Positions 53,359 to 63,906 of a DNA stretch of 64,000 nt are shown one piece after another. Made by a program: the position numbers and the translations under genes. Each line of letters starts with the position of its first letter. Within the stretch, counting starts at the first letter, position 1. The notes beneath the pieces were generated by a model, which was given only the letters and a program-made list of their open reading frames with translations, ran no database searches and was not told where the DNA came from. Source of the DNA: Nitrospirota bacterium (GTDB lineage Bacteria; Nitrospirota; UBA9217); the NCBI GenBank assembly GCA_963751455.1, contig CAVVUN010000003.1, forward strand, positions 374,507-438,506. The letters run 5' to 3'.

Positions 53359-53429
53359 GAGCCGTATCGGCAAAGGGCGCGCATGGGCTGCGACGCCTGC
53401 TGCCACTATTCGGATTGCGGAGGATTTCT

Positions 53430-53615
53430 ATGGACAAGACGCTCATTATCGTGATTGTCATTGTAACGCTGTTCACAGGGTTCCTGATCGGCTTCAGCGT
53501 GCCGCCTTTTATCCAGGCAGGTGTTTTCAGCGAACGGAAGGAAAAGGGCGTGGAATCGAAGATCGACAAGAAGATGGAGCAGTACTACAAGGATCTCTAC
53601 AAAAGCGACGAATGA
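53430..53615 (+). CDS. Small single-TM hypothetical protein
   Basis: 61 aa, SD ggagg, hydrophobic N-terminus, ends QYYKDLYKSDE. Confidence 0.7.
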   Translation: MDKTLIIVIVIVTLFTGFLIGFSVPPFIQAGVFSERKEKGVESKIDKKMEQYYKDLYKSDE

Positions 53616-53648
53616 CGCGCTAGATCAGAGGCGACAAGGGAGGAACAG

Positions 53649-53859
53649 ATGGAGATCAAGTGGATCGCAGCTCTCGTTATTGCCCTGCTCTTGGGGCCGC
53701 TGCGGGATTCCGGTTATCGATCTCAGTCCGGGATACAGCCCGGCTATTTTGAAAAACAGGAAGCACCGGCCTACGGCGTGTCGGACGATAAACCGATGGG
53801 TTCGGAATTCGGCAAAGAGATACGAGGATTATTTCAAGAAGTTATATAAAAAGGAGTAG
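53649..53859 (+). pseudogene. Small single-TM hypothetical protein, frameshifted
   Basis: MEIKWIAALVIALLLG...IQPGYFE; C-terminus YEDYFKKLYKKE in another frame. Confidence 0.6.
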
Positions 53860-54014
53860 TGAGTACCCAGGTCAGCTACTTCGCTTCGGTGCAAGGCGCG
53901 CAGAAAAATTAACGGATTTCAATGGTTACTCAGAACCCCCACCGTTGTTTGATGCTCCTGTATCGGCCGCGCGCGCTTATTGCACCTGTGTCAGCAGCAG
54001 ACCTGAGCAGTCAC
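53859..54014. mobile_element. 156-bp MITE with 12-bp TIRs and 8-bp TSD
   Basis: GTGAGTACCCAG...CTGAGCAGTCAC flanked by aaggagta at 53851-58 and 54015-22. Confidence 0.8.
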
Positions 54015-54052
54015 AAGGAGTAAATAGATACTATCAAAAAGGAGGGGGTAAA

Positions 54053-55077
54053 ATGATCAAAAAAATTATTTCAACTGTTTTTCTTCATCATGGCTTGCTG
54101 CATCCGGGCTGTCGTATGCCGCGGCTGGGTGAACCCGGACCTGCTCGTCACCCCGAGACTGTTGAGGCCAACGTCGACAAAGCGGACTGGGTAGTCGTCG
54201 ATTGCAGGGACCTCAAGGAGTATGCAAAGGGACATATTCCGGGCGCGATCAGCTTCGGCAAGGAATGCAAAAAGGCGATGCGCGACGGCACTGCGAGAGT
54301 GTTCAAAGACACAAGAAATATGAACACTTGTTCGGCAAGGCCGGCATCGGCAACGACACGAATGTTATTTTTTACGGAGAGCACAAGGTAACCGACACGT
54401 TCAAGGACGTCCACGGTCGCCTTCTGGGTCATGGAATACCTGGGCCACGACAAGGCCCACGTTCTGAATGGGGGCATCGATGCATGGCTGAAAGAAGGCA
54501 AAAAGCTGACGAATGAACCGACGATAAAGCCGGAGAAGACGTTCAAGGCAAAGGTGGTCGCCAGCCGGTATGCTTCCACAGACGAGATGCTCCAGATAGC
54601 GCAGGGCAAGAAAAAGGGCGTCACGGTGATCGATGCGCGGTCCAAAAAAGGAGACATGAAGGCGAGGACATCCGGGCGCTGCGCGGCGGCTACGTGCCAC
54701 ATACAACGGCCAATATCCCTCATACCGAAACGATGGACCAGGAGAAGGACCCAAAGACCGGCAAAGGACAAGGACAACGGATATCATTTCCTGCGGAGAG
54801 GGTTGCGGGTTTCTATAAGAACCTCGACAAGAACAAGCGCACGATCGCCTACTGCCAGACCGGCACGCGTTCGACCTTGTCCTATCTCGAAATGAGACTG
54901 CTCGGGTTCAAGGAGCCCGCCAACTGGGATGATTCCTGGATCGTCTGGGGCAACAATCTCCGGTACCCGGTCGCAAACGAACAGTGGATGAAATTTCGAA
55001 AGGCTGAGCAGAAGGTCGAGAAGGAAATCGGAAAGCTGAAGGAAGCAATGCCGAAAAAAGAGGAGCCCAAGCAGTAG
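54053..55077 (+). pseudogene. Exported tandem-domain rhodanese/sulfurtransferase, frameshifted
   Basis: YAKGHIPGA, LNGGIDAW, IDARS, GHIP, active site YCQTGTRS, DDSWIVW spread over several frames. Confidence 0.85.
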
Positions 55078-55142
55078 GGTAGTTTGTGCAGAAAAGGTGA
55101 TCTCAGCTCACTTTTTTAGCAAAAAGGGGGAAACGTATACCT

Positions 55143-56914
55143 ATGCAGGAAAAAACGAAAGGAATGAGTGAGGACTGGCTGGCATTATGGCTCGGCCTGT
55201 TCATCTTTGTCCTGTCCCTGGGCGTGTTCCAGGGAGCGGACATCCTGGGCTGGGGCATCAACACCTCGGTCTGGACAGACCCGGCCAAGGCCATGTCCCC
55301 GGTATCGAAGAAATACCAGCCGCGTCAAGGGCGAGATCACCAAGATCGACGGACAGAAAGCTGACGCTAAAGAAAGGCCGACGGCAAGGAAGAGACCATC
55401 ACCGTCAAGGAAGACACGGCAGCCCTCAAGGTCGGCGACAAGTACGAGAAGAGCCGGCATGTCCGGGCTTCACGGCACTGCTGCTGACCTACCTCGCCAT
55501 GCTCGTGGTCATGAGCGTCGGCGCGATGCTGCTCGGAACCGACGTCAAGAAGTTCGCCATCGGGTTCACGGTCGTGTTCTGGATCAGCTATGCCTGCTGG
55601 TTCGCGGGCCACTTCGCCTATATCGCGGCAACCAAGGACAAGCTGGGGGCGTTCAAGATCCCCTGGTCGCTAAGCCTGACCGGGGAATCGGGCTTCATCT
55701 TCGCCCTGCTCGCCGGTCTGATCGTCGGGAACTTCTTCCCCAAGATTGTCTGAGAAACTGAAAGAGGCAGCGCGGCCGGAGCTCTACATCAAGACCGCCA
55801 TCGTGATCATGGGCGCGGGACTGGGCCTCAAGGCGGCGGAGTCGTTCAGCCTGGCCTCGAACATCATGTTCCGGGGCCTCTGCGCCATCGTCGAAGCCTA
55901 CCTCATCTACTGGGCCGTGGTGTACTACATGGCCCGAAAATACTTCAAGTTCAGCAGGGAATGGGCGGCACCGCTCGCCTCGGGCATCTCGATCTGCGGC
56001 GTCTCTGCGGCGATCGCCACGGGCGGCGCCATCCGCGCCCGTCCGGTGGTACCGATCATGGTGTCGTCGCTGGTCGTGATCTTCGCCGTGGTCGAGATGA
56101 TCATCCTTCCCTTTGCTGCGCAGACCTTCCTCTGGAAGGAGCCGCTCGTGGCGGGCGCCTGGATGGGCCTGGCCGTCAAGACCGACGGAGGCGCGGTCGC
56201 TTCCGGCGCGATCACCGACGCCCTGATCCGGGCAAAATCGCTCGAAGCGCGGGCATCAATTACCAGGAAGGCTGGATGACCATGACCGCCACGACCGTGA
56301 AGATGTTCATCGACATCTTCATCGGCATCTGGGCGTTCCTGCTGGCCATCATCTGGTGCGCCAAGATCGACTGCAAGCCGGGCCAGAAGGCCGTCCCATC
56401 GAGATCTGGCACCGGTTCCCGAAGTTCGTGATCGGCTATGTTCTCACCTTCTTCCTCCTGCTGGTCCTGTGCTGGCCGGCCACAACGGCGATCAGCCCCG
56501 GTCGAGAAGGAGATCAAGGCCGCGAAGTCGGAGATCGCGGCGGCAGAGAAGCAGCTGGCAGCGCAGGCAGCCGGCCAAGGAGCAAGCGCTGCCATCCAGG
56601 AAAAGATCAAGGCACGGGCGCAGGACAAGGTGAAGAGCCCTGGGCGACTGCAGATCAAGGCGCCCGAAGGCGACCCTGGCAGCGGCCGAAGGACATGCGG
56701 CGCCACCGGCGAAGGCAACGTCTTCCGGGTGATGTTCTTCGTGTTCACCTTCTTCACCATCGGCATCGTGTCGAACTTCAAGAAGCTCTGGGAGGAAGGC
56801 ATCGGCAAGCTGATGGTCGTGTACGTGGTCGCGCTGTTCGGGTTCATCATCTGGGTCGGCCTGTTCATCTCGTGGCTCTTCTTCCACGGCGTGAAGCCGC
56901 CGATCGTCGGATAA
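55143..56914 (+). pseudogene. YeiH/putative sulfate exporter family transporter, frameshifted
   Basis: SEDWLALWLG, RPELYIKTAIV, GISICGVSAAIATGGAIRA, FPKFVIG across several frames. Confidence 0.8.
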
Positions 56915-56945
56915 ATTACATGATGAGGGGGCATTAAGGAGATAT

Positions 56946-57127
56946 ATGGCGGCAGATAAAGTCGCTAGCAGAACAGGTAAAGCTGGCCGAAGAACTGAAA
57001 AAGATGGAATATGAACCGCTGCTTCCGGTCGAGAAACAGCTGATCGGGTGGAGCGTAGGCCTGGGAACAGCGCTGCTTGTTCATCCTGTATTTCGTAAGC
57101 GCTTTCTTTTTTCCGAGCGGTCATTAA
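56946..57127 (+). pseudogene. Small membrane protein associated with the exporter, frameshifted
   Basis: SD aaggag; KMEYEPLLPVEKQLIGWSVGLG followed by a hydrophobic tail in another frame. Confidence 0.55.
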
Positions 57128-57136
57128 GATCTGTAA

Positions 57137-57478
57137 ATGGAAGGCAGTACGTTTCCCCTCGTACTGTGCAGACCAGGCGGGGCCGGTCGCAAACCGGCCC
57201 CGCATCCTTTGCCGAGGTACCAAGCAGTGCATACCGATGAATATGAGATTTGTCTTGCACGAGAACTGGCGGTCTGCGCCGATTATATCAAAAAGTGCCG
57301 CCTCCGTCTGAAAGAGATGGAATCACGCCATGGGATGACAACCGAGGTATTTCTTGAGCAAGTCCGGCTCTGCTCCGGCAAGGGATGTATCGACTGGAAG
57401 AGCATTTGCGAGGAGTTTGAACGCTGGAAGCTCAAGCATCACGAGTATCGGCAATTGCTGGACAGCATGAAAATATAA
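57137..57478 (+). CDS. Hypothetical protein (start uncertain)
   Basis: HTDEYEICLAREL...ESRHGMTTEVF...W helical pattern. Confidence 0.5.
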   Translation: MEGSTFPLVLCRPGGAGRKPAPHPLPRYQAVHTDEYEICLARELAVCADYIKKCRLRLKEMESRHGMTTEVFLEQVRLCSGKGCIDWKSICEEFERWKLKHHEYRQLLDSMKI

Positions 57479-57581
57479 CAGTTTGCCCGAGACTTCCTGC
57501 TCCTATTTCGAAACACCCTCTCTTCGCGAAGCTGCTGCCGCGGCTCTTTACGCTTGAGCCCAATGATCTTTGGTCCTCTTC

Positions 57582-58850
57582 TCATTCAGCCTGGTGAAAG
57601 TGGTCATGCTGATTCGTGCGCGGTTTGTGAAGAAAACCGGTAAGAACGATGGCCACAGCGGCAAAAGCTGCTGCCATAAAAAAGCTTGAAGAGAAGCTGC
57701 CCGTTCTTTCAGCCAGAATACCCGCAATTGAAGGACCCGCGATCTGGCCCAAGCCGAAGATAAACGTGATGAAGCCGAAGGCCGCGAGCGCCTTATTGAT
57801 GCCGACATACTCGCTGACCGCTGCGACCATGATCGAGGGGATCGACCAGGCCACGATGCCGTAGAAGGCGATTGAAAGATAAAGAAAGAAGGGTGGCAGT
57901 TTTGCGGCGACCAGGAGATAGGCGAGCATTTGGAGCGCAAACACTATCATCAGGCCCGCCTTTCTCCCTAGCCTGTCCGAGAGCGTTCCGAATACCGGAC
58001 CCGAGAACAGGCTTAAGAATCCCACCCAGGACCAGAAGTTTCCGGCTATCGTTTCCGAAAAACCGCGCTCGTTCACGAGAGTGGTCACGATGAAGGTTGC
58101 GTAGATCACATATGTGTACCCGAACAGAAAATATATAGATCCGAGCAGATAGAGAGTCCTGTTCTTATAGATGCTTTTATCGGCCGGCCGGGCAAGATGC
58201 TCGTGCGTGATTTCCTTTCCCTCGCTCCCCAGCGGCTGCAGGTCCTTCTCGCCGGGTCTGTTCCTCAAAAAAATGTGCCCGATAACCGCTACCATTGTCA
58301 CTGCTCCGGCAAGTATCATCCAGTTGGTTCTCCAACCCTCGGGACCGACCTTCCTGTTGACATAGGGTATCAGTTTACCCGCGATTATGATCGCGAACCC
58401 GCTGCCGATCACGACAAACCCCGCTGCCCGCCCCCTGATTGTACGGTCGAACCAGGCGGTAATCAGGCCCATCACGGGCACATTTGCGGCTCCGCTGCCC
58501 ATACCCGTGATGAAATAGAGAAAGAGTATTGCACCGAAGCTGTCCGACCGGCTGATCAGCGCCATGGAAAGGCCGATGACCAGGAGCGCGGCAACGATCA
58601 GGCGGCGCGATCCGATCTTGCCTGCAATGTGTCCGCATAGCAGCACGGAAACAAGATAGCCGATAAAGTTCCCGGTGCTGATGAAGCCGACCTGAGAATA
58701 GGAGAGTTTGAGCGTGGATGCCATGGAGGGAAGGAGCATTCCAAGTGCGAAACGGCCGAAGCCCAGGCAGGCGATGATGCAGAGCATGCCGGTGAAGACG
58801 ATGACCCAGGCGTAGTGAAAAGGAAGACGCGAGATTCTTGATTCAGTCAT
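57582..58850 (-). CDS. MFS transporter (YbfB/YjiJ-like)
   Basis: GFGRFALGMLLP, LSDRLGRK, about 12 TMs. Confidence 0.88.
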   Translation of the reverse strand: MTESRISRLPFHYAWVIVFTGMLCIIACLGFGRFALGMLLPSMASTLKLSYSQVGFISTGNFIGYLVSVLLCGHIAGKIGSRRLIVAALLVIGLSMALISRSDSFGAILFLYFITGMGSGAANVPVMGLITAWFDRTIRGRAAGFVVIGSGFAIIIAGKLIPYVNRKVGPEGWRTNWMILAGAVTMVAVIGHIFLRNRPGEKDLQPLGSEGKEITHEHLARPADKSIYKNRTLYLLGSIYFLFGYTYVIYATFIVTTLVNERGFSETIAGNFWSWVGFLSLFSGPVFGTLSDRLGRKAGLMIVFALQMLAYLLVAAKLPPFFLYLSIAFYGIVAWSIPSIMVAAVSEYVGINKALAAFGFITFIFGLGQIAGPSIAGILAERTGSFSSSFFMAAAFAAVAIVLTGFLHKPRTNQHDHFHQAE

Positions 58851-59001
58851 GGAACGAAATATAGCATTTCTTCCTGAAACGGCAAAGAAAAATATTGGGA
58901 TCATCTTCGTCGCATGCATACCGCTTCTCCTTGACTGGGAAGCTGACAAGAGATAGCCTTTAATTGAAGTAAGTTACAGGAACGTCTGAGGAGGTAATAC
59001 T

Positions 59002-59535
59002 ATGATACAGCTACTCGCAAAAAACTGGTGGGCTGTGGAATTGAGGGGGGCGCTCACTATTGTCTTCGGGCTTCTCGCTCTTTTTATGCCTGCGATAACG
59101 CTCAGGGCACTGGTACTGCTCTTCGGGATATATGCTTTTGCTGAAGGTATAGTTTTGCTTGCGATGAGTTTTAACAGGCATAACGTGCATTGGTGGATCA
59201 CGCTGCTCCAAGGGCTTGTCGGGATAGGCGCAGGCATCGTTACGTTCATCTGGCCTGGAATCACCGCTGTTGTACTGCTTACCATCATTGCAGTCTGGGC
59301 GCTCATAACGGGCATCCTCGAGATCGTGGGAGCGATCCGGCTTCGGAAGGAAATCCGGGGTGAATGGCTGATGATCCTGAGCGGCGTTCTCTCGCTGGTC
59401 TTTGCCTATATACTCCTTTCGAATCCTGGAGCCGGCGCATTGGCGCTTGTCTCGGTGATCGGCATATATGCCGTTATATTCGGCATTCTCCTGATGCTGC
59501 TGGGCTTCAGAATCCATAGGATGATGCCTGCATGA
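59002..59535 (+). CDS. HdeD/DUF308 membrane protein
   Basis: NWW..LRG, WPGIT, AIRLRKEIRGEW; SD ggagg. Confidence 0.85.
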   Translation: MIQLLAKNWWAVELRGALTIVFGLLALFMPAITLRALVLLFGIYAFAEGIVLLAMSFNRHNVHWWITLLQGLVGIGAGIVTFIWPGITAVVLLTIIAVWALITGILEIVGAIRLRKEIRGEWLMILSGVLSLVFAYILLSNPGAGALALVSVIGIYAVIFGILLMLLGFRIHRMMPA

Positions 59536-59564
59536 TGGCCGGGCACCGCGCACGTATCAAGGAT

Positions 59565-59596
59565 AAAGAGGCTGATAAGAATCAGCCTCTTTTTTT
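59565..59596 (+). terminator. Intrinsic terminator
   Basis: aaagaggctgat-aaga-atcagcctcttttttt. Confidence 0.8.
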
Positions 59597-59756
59597 CTGG
59601 TTTTAAACATTGGGTTTAAACGATAATGGCATATGCGTGACGATGACGAAGGGAGAGGAAAGTTGCTCTAAACGAGGTTCACTTGCGCCCGGAGCATCTG
59701 GGTCGCTCGACATCCCGGCGGGAAGGCTCAAGGACAATAGAGGTCGTGCGATTTCC

Positions 59757-60164
59757 TCAGGTCACGATCTCTCCCAGGCTCTCTTTTTTCCTGTACACAG
59801 TGCCCTGAAACAGCGCGATCGCGTTGCCTGCCTCGTCTTTCACGTCAATAATGTACGTTGCCAGTCTCGGATTAAAGGAGACTTCGCGGCCCTCGGCAAA
59901 GAGCGTCCCCTTTTTCGCTGCCTTGAAAAACGATATGCTTACGTTGATTGCAACAGCCAGTGTGCCGTGGGAATTGGATGCAGCGGAAAAGACAGCGTCG
60001 GCAAGAGAGAAGATCGCGCCTCCATGGACCATACCGGCGCTGTTCAGGTGATGTTCTTTTAATTCCATTTTCGCCCTGGCGGTGCCTTGAGAAAATTCCA
60101 GCATCTCTACGCCAAGGTGCGCTGCGTAGCGGTCGTTATCCACGAATTTTTTTAGCGTTTCCAT
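59757..60164 (-). CDS. PaaI-family hotdog thioesterase
   Basis: HLNSAGMVHGGAIFSLAD. Confidence 0.9.
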   Translation of the reverse strand: METLKKFVDNDRYAAHLGVEMLEFSQGTARAKMELKEHHLNSAGMVHGGAIFSLADAVFSAASNSHGTLAVAINVSISFFKAAKKGTLFAEGREVSFNPRLATYIIDVKDEAGNAIALFQGTVYRKKESLGEIVT

Positions 60165-60185
60165 AAATCAGTCCTTTCGTGGTTC

Positions 60186-60248
60186 GTCATTTCGACCTGC
60201 GGGAGACATCTTTGTTTTCGGCAGATTTCTCGCTTCGCTCGAAATGAC
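60186..60248. repeat. REP-like palindrome
   Basis: gtcatttcga...agatttctcgcttcgc-tcgaaatgac inverted ends. Confidence 0.6.
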
Positions 60249-60400
60249 ACCGATAAAGGTACGATGGAGCTGCCTCATTATAGCAAATTACCGAGTCACA
60301 ACTCAACTATAGTATCATTTTATATATTTACAAAAGAATGCATTGTGGTTTATAATAACGGCCGTTTCGGATAAAATCCTTTTCGATGGAGGAAATCCGC

Positions 60401-61744
60401 ATGGTTTGGAATAGAGAAGAAACCCTTTCCCGACAAGAGCTTACGAAACTTCAGAGCGAACGCCTGCAGAGGGTATGCGAGCGGGTTTACACGCGCGTGC
60501 CCTTTTACAAAAAGAAGTTCGACGATATGGGCGTGAAACCATCGCACGTGAAGGATATTCAGGATGTCGTGAAGCTGCCGTTTACGAAAAAAGCAGACCT
60601 TCGCGAAAACTATCCATACGGGCTTTTTGCAGAACCGCTCGAAAATATCGTCCGGATCCATGCCTCCTCCGGCACCACGGGAAAGCCGACGGTCGTTGCC
60701 TATAACAGGAACGATATCAACCTCTGGGCCGAAGTGATGGCCCGTACGTTCACTTGCGCGGGCGTTACCAGCAGGGACGTGGTCCAGAATGCCTACGGCT
60801 ACGGGCTCTTTACCGGAGGCCTGGGAGCCCATTACGGAGCTGAGAGAATCGGCGCCTCGGTTATTCCGATCTCGGGCGGCAATACGCAAAAACAGATCCT
60901 GCTCCTCCAGGACTTCTCCAGCACAGCAATCTGCTCGACCCCGTCCTTTGCGCTCTACATTTATGATGTCGCCTGCGAGATGAAAGTGGATCTCGATACC
61001 ATCAAGCTCCGGGTGGGTCTCTTCGGCGCTGAGCCCTGGACCGAAGAAATGCGGCGCGAGATCGAGGAGCGGCTGAGGATCAAGGCAATCGATATATACG
61101 GCCTCTCCGAGATCATCGGTCCGGGCGTTTCATCCGAGTGCATCGAGGCGCAGAATGGTCTTCATCTGAACGAGGACCATTTTTACCCTGAAATCATCAA
61201 TCCGCAGACCGGCGAGCAGCTGCCCTACGGAGAGGAAGGCGAGTTGGTTATAACGAGCATGTCCCGCGAAGCCATGCCTCTTATCCGGTACCGTACCGGC
61301 GACATTACGAGCCTGAACCCGGAAAAGTGCGCATGCGGCAGGACGCTTGTCCGGATGAGGCGGGTACGGGGACGCGCCGACGATATGCTCATAATCCGCG
61401 GCGTTAACGTGTTCCCGTCGCAAGTCGAGTCGGTCCTGCTCCGTTCAGAACAGGTAGCCCCGCATTATATAATCGAGGTGAACCGCAGGGGAAGGCTCGA
61501 TGAGATGAACGTGCACGTTGAAGTTACGCCGAAGTTCATGGAAGTGATGGCAAACAAGGTTCTGTCTACGGACCTCAAGGCCTTTGCGCAGGAAGAGGAA
61601 GAACTCATACACCTGAAGCGCGACATCCAGAAGAACGTCAAGGACATCATCGGCGTAAACACGGAAGTGACGCTCCGGCCGCCGAACGCGATCCAGCGCA
61701 GCGAAGGAAAGGCCAAGCGGGTGATCGACAACCGGCCGAAGTAA
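60401..61744 (+). CDS. paaK: Phenylacetate-CoA ligase family
   Basis: [32 protein letters not shown]. Confidence 0.92.
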   Translation: MVWNREETLSRQELTKLQSERLQRVCERVYTRVPFYKKKFDDMGVKPSHVKDIQDVVKLPFTKKADLRENYPYGLFAEPLENIVRIHASSGTTGKPTVVAYNRNDINLWAEVMARTFTCAGVTSRDVVQNAYGYGLFTGGLGAHYGAERIGASVIPISGGNTQKQILLLQDFSSTAICSTPSFALYIYDVACEMKVDLDTIKLRVGLFGAEPWTEEMRREIEERLRIKAIDIYGLSEIIGPGVSSECIEAQNGLHLNEDHFYPEIINPQTGEQLPYGEEGELVITSMSREAMPLIRYRTGDITSLNPEKCACGRTLVRMRRVRGRADDMLIIRGVNVFPSQVESVLLRSEQVAPHYIIEVNRRGRLDEMNVHVEVTPKFMEVMANKVLSTDLKAFAQEEEELIHLKRDIQKNVKDIIGVNTEVTLRPPNAIQRSEGKAKRVIDNRPK

Positions 61745-61770
61745 GAAAAACCATTTGCCACGGATGAACA

Positions 61771-61873
61771 CACCCTGCACTCGCGCTAGGCACAATACGT
61801 AGACCCGTTGTCGTACCATCTCGCTTAGAACCGCGAGACGGGAGTCAAGGGCCTCATAAACGCTGGGTGCAGG
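61771..61873 (-). mobile_element. 103-bp CCTGCAC-family palindromic element (long form)
   Basis: Homologous to 34907-35010; interrupts tatcag|tgttcatccg of a 9-mer array. Confidence 0.8.
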
Positions 61874-62027
61874 CTGATAGACACTGATAAAAGCAGCGCA
61901 ATTTAGGCCGCGAATAAACGCGAATTTATGCGAATAGAAAACATGAGCAGCAAGCTTTAATTCGAAGTTTTGGTTCCTCCGTGTTCCTCCGTGTCCATCC
62001 GTGGTTAAAATATTAAGGAAGCAATAC

Positions 62028-63770
62028 ATGAAAGCAATTCTTTCCGGCAATGAAGCAATCGCCCGGGGATTCATCGAGGCGGGCGGCAAGCTTGCCGCGG
62101 CCTATCCCGGCACCCCGAGCACCGAAGTGCTTGAAACCCTCTCTCATATTGACGGTATCCACGCCGAATGGTCGGTAAATGAAAAAGTGGCCCTCGAAGT
62201 TGCAATCGGCGGCGCTCTATCAGGTGTTCGCAGCCTCGCATGCATGAAACATGTCGGCGTCAATGTGGCGGCCGATCCACTCATGACCGTTGCCTATACC
62301 GGAATCCACGCGGGGCTGGTCCTCTTTGCTGCCGATGATCCGGGCATGTTCAGTTCCCAGAACGAACAGGACACGCGCCATTTCGCACGGCAGGGCAAGA
62401 TCCCGTGTCTCGAGCCCTCCGACTCCTCGGAAGCGAAACACTATATAAAAGCCGCATTCGAGCTGAGCGAGTCGTTTGATACGCCCGTTATCCTGAGGAC
62501 CACAACGAGAATCTCGCATTGCAAAAGCGTCGTCGAAACCGGCGAACCTGAAAACGTGCCGGGCCGCGGCCCTGCGCGCGACTTCGGCAAGTATGTGATG
62601 CTTCCGAGCAACGCCAAGAAACGTCATGTCGTGGTCGAGGACCGGATGATCAGGCTGAAAGAGTGGGCCGAGAATACACCCCTCAATCAGGTGATTGACG
62701 GCAACGCGGAGATCGGGTTTGTCACCTCGGGCATCTCGTTTCAGTACGTTCGCGAGGCCTTTCCGGCTGCAACGGTGCTTAAGCTCGGAGCCACCTTTCC
62801 GCTGCCTGAAAAGCTCATACGGAACTTTGCAGCATCGGTAAAGCGGCTTGCGGTCGTGGAGGAACTGGACCCTTTTCTTGAAGAGCAGATCAAGGCAATG
62901 GGAATCATGGTCCATTTCGGGAAGAACGTTCTGCCGCTCTGCGGCGAATTCAGCCAGCGGCTGGTGCGCGAAAAGATAACCGGTCAGGCGCTGCCGGGCA
63001 AGCAAGCGGCAGGCGGCCTCATCATGCGGCCGCCCACTTTCTGCCCCGGCTGTTCGCATCGCGGTTTATACACCATTTTGTCAAAGCTCAAACTCTATGT
63101 CTGCGGCGACATCGGCTGCTACACTCTGGGCGCGCTTCCTCCGTTTTCCGCGATGCACACCTGCATCTGCATGGGCGCCAGCATATCCGCGGCTCACGGC
63201 ATGGCAAAGGGCTTGGCGCTTCAGGGAATAAAGCAGAAACCGGTGGCGGTCATCGGCGACTCGACCTTCCTTCATTCGGGGATCACGGGCCTGGTCAATA
63301 TGGTTTACAACGGCGGCGACGCGATCGTGATCATCATGAACAACGATACGACGGGCATGACGGGCGGACAGGAGCATGCCGGCACCGGCAGGTCCGCCAC
63401 AGGGGCGGCGGCGCCCCGGCTGAGTATCGGGAAGCTGTGTGAGACTATCGGAGCGAAGCGGGTGCGTGAGATCGACACCTACAAGATCAGCGAGCTCGAG
63501 AAAGTCATGAAGGAAGAGCTTGTGGCCGACGGCACGTCCGTGCTGATATCGAACCAGCCGTGCGTGCTTCGATACCGCGTGTCAAAGAATCCGTATACCG
63601 TGGAAAGAAAAACCTGCAAGGGCTGCAAGCTCTGCCTCAAGGCCGGATGTATCGGACTTTCTTTCACTCCGGAGGGCAAGACCGGATATGTACAGATCGA
63701 TCCGCTCCTGTGTAACGGCTGCGGCGTATGCGCGCAGTTGTGTACGTCGGGCTCTATGAAAGCAAGTTAG
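62028..63770 (+). CDS. iorA: Indolepyruvate:ferredoxin oxidoreductase alpha
   Basis: GNEAIARG, YPGTPSTE, MKHVGVNVAAD, CPGCSHR, GDSTFLH, C-terminal 2x[4Fe-4S]. Confidence 0.93.
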   Translation: MKAILSGNEAIARGFIEAGGKLAAAYPGTPSTEVLETLSHIDGIHAEWSVNEKVALEVAIGGALSGVRSLACMKHVGVNVAADPLMTVAYTGIHAGLVLFAADDPGMFSSQNEQDTRHFARQGKIPCLEPSDSSEAKHYIKAAFELSESFDTPVILRTTTRISHCKSVVETGEPENVPGRGPARDFGKYVMLPSNAKKRHVVVEDRMIRLKEWAENTPLNQVIDGNAEIGFVTSGISFQYVREAFPAATVLKLGATFPLPEKLIRNFAASVKRLAVVEELDPFLEEQIKAMGIMVHFGKNVLPLCGEFSQRLVREKITGQALPGKQAAGGLIMRPPTFCPGCSHRGLYTILSKLKLYVCGDIGCYTLGALPPFSAMHTCICMGASISAAHGMAKGLALQGIKQKPVAVIGDSTFLHSGITGLVNMVYNGGDAIVIIMNNDTTGMTGGQEHAGTGRSATGAAAPRLSIGKLCETIGAKRVREIDTYKISELEKVMKEELVADGTSVLISNQPCVLRYRVSKNPYTVERKTCKGCKLCLKAGCIGLSFTPEGKTGYVQIDPLLCNGCGVCAQLCTSGSMKAS

Positions 63771-63802
63771 AGCAGTAAGGCGTGAGATGTTCTAGTCAGT
63801 TT

Positions 63803-63886
63803 ATCCGCAGATTACACAGATTTTTCAGATTAAGTCAAATTTAAATACGGCTTTAAAATCTGCGTTCATCTGCGAAATCTGCGGAC
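63803..63886. repeat. Inverted 9-mer array (CGCAGAT family)
   Basis: atccgcagattacacagatttttcagat ... atctgcgttcatctgcgaaatctgcggac; homologous to 39208-39293. Confidence 0.8.
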
Positions 63887-63906
63887 AAAGATTATAAGAG
63901 GTAATC

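Noticed and set aside
51551-55077. Selenocysteine recoding as the cause of the broken yeeE/tusA/rhodanese ORFs
   Set aside because: Catalytic positions are Cys codons, and the breaks are frame changes rather than in-frame TGA
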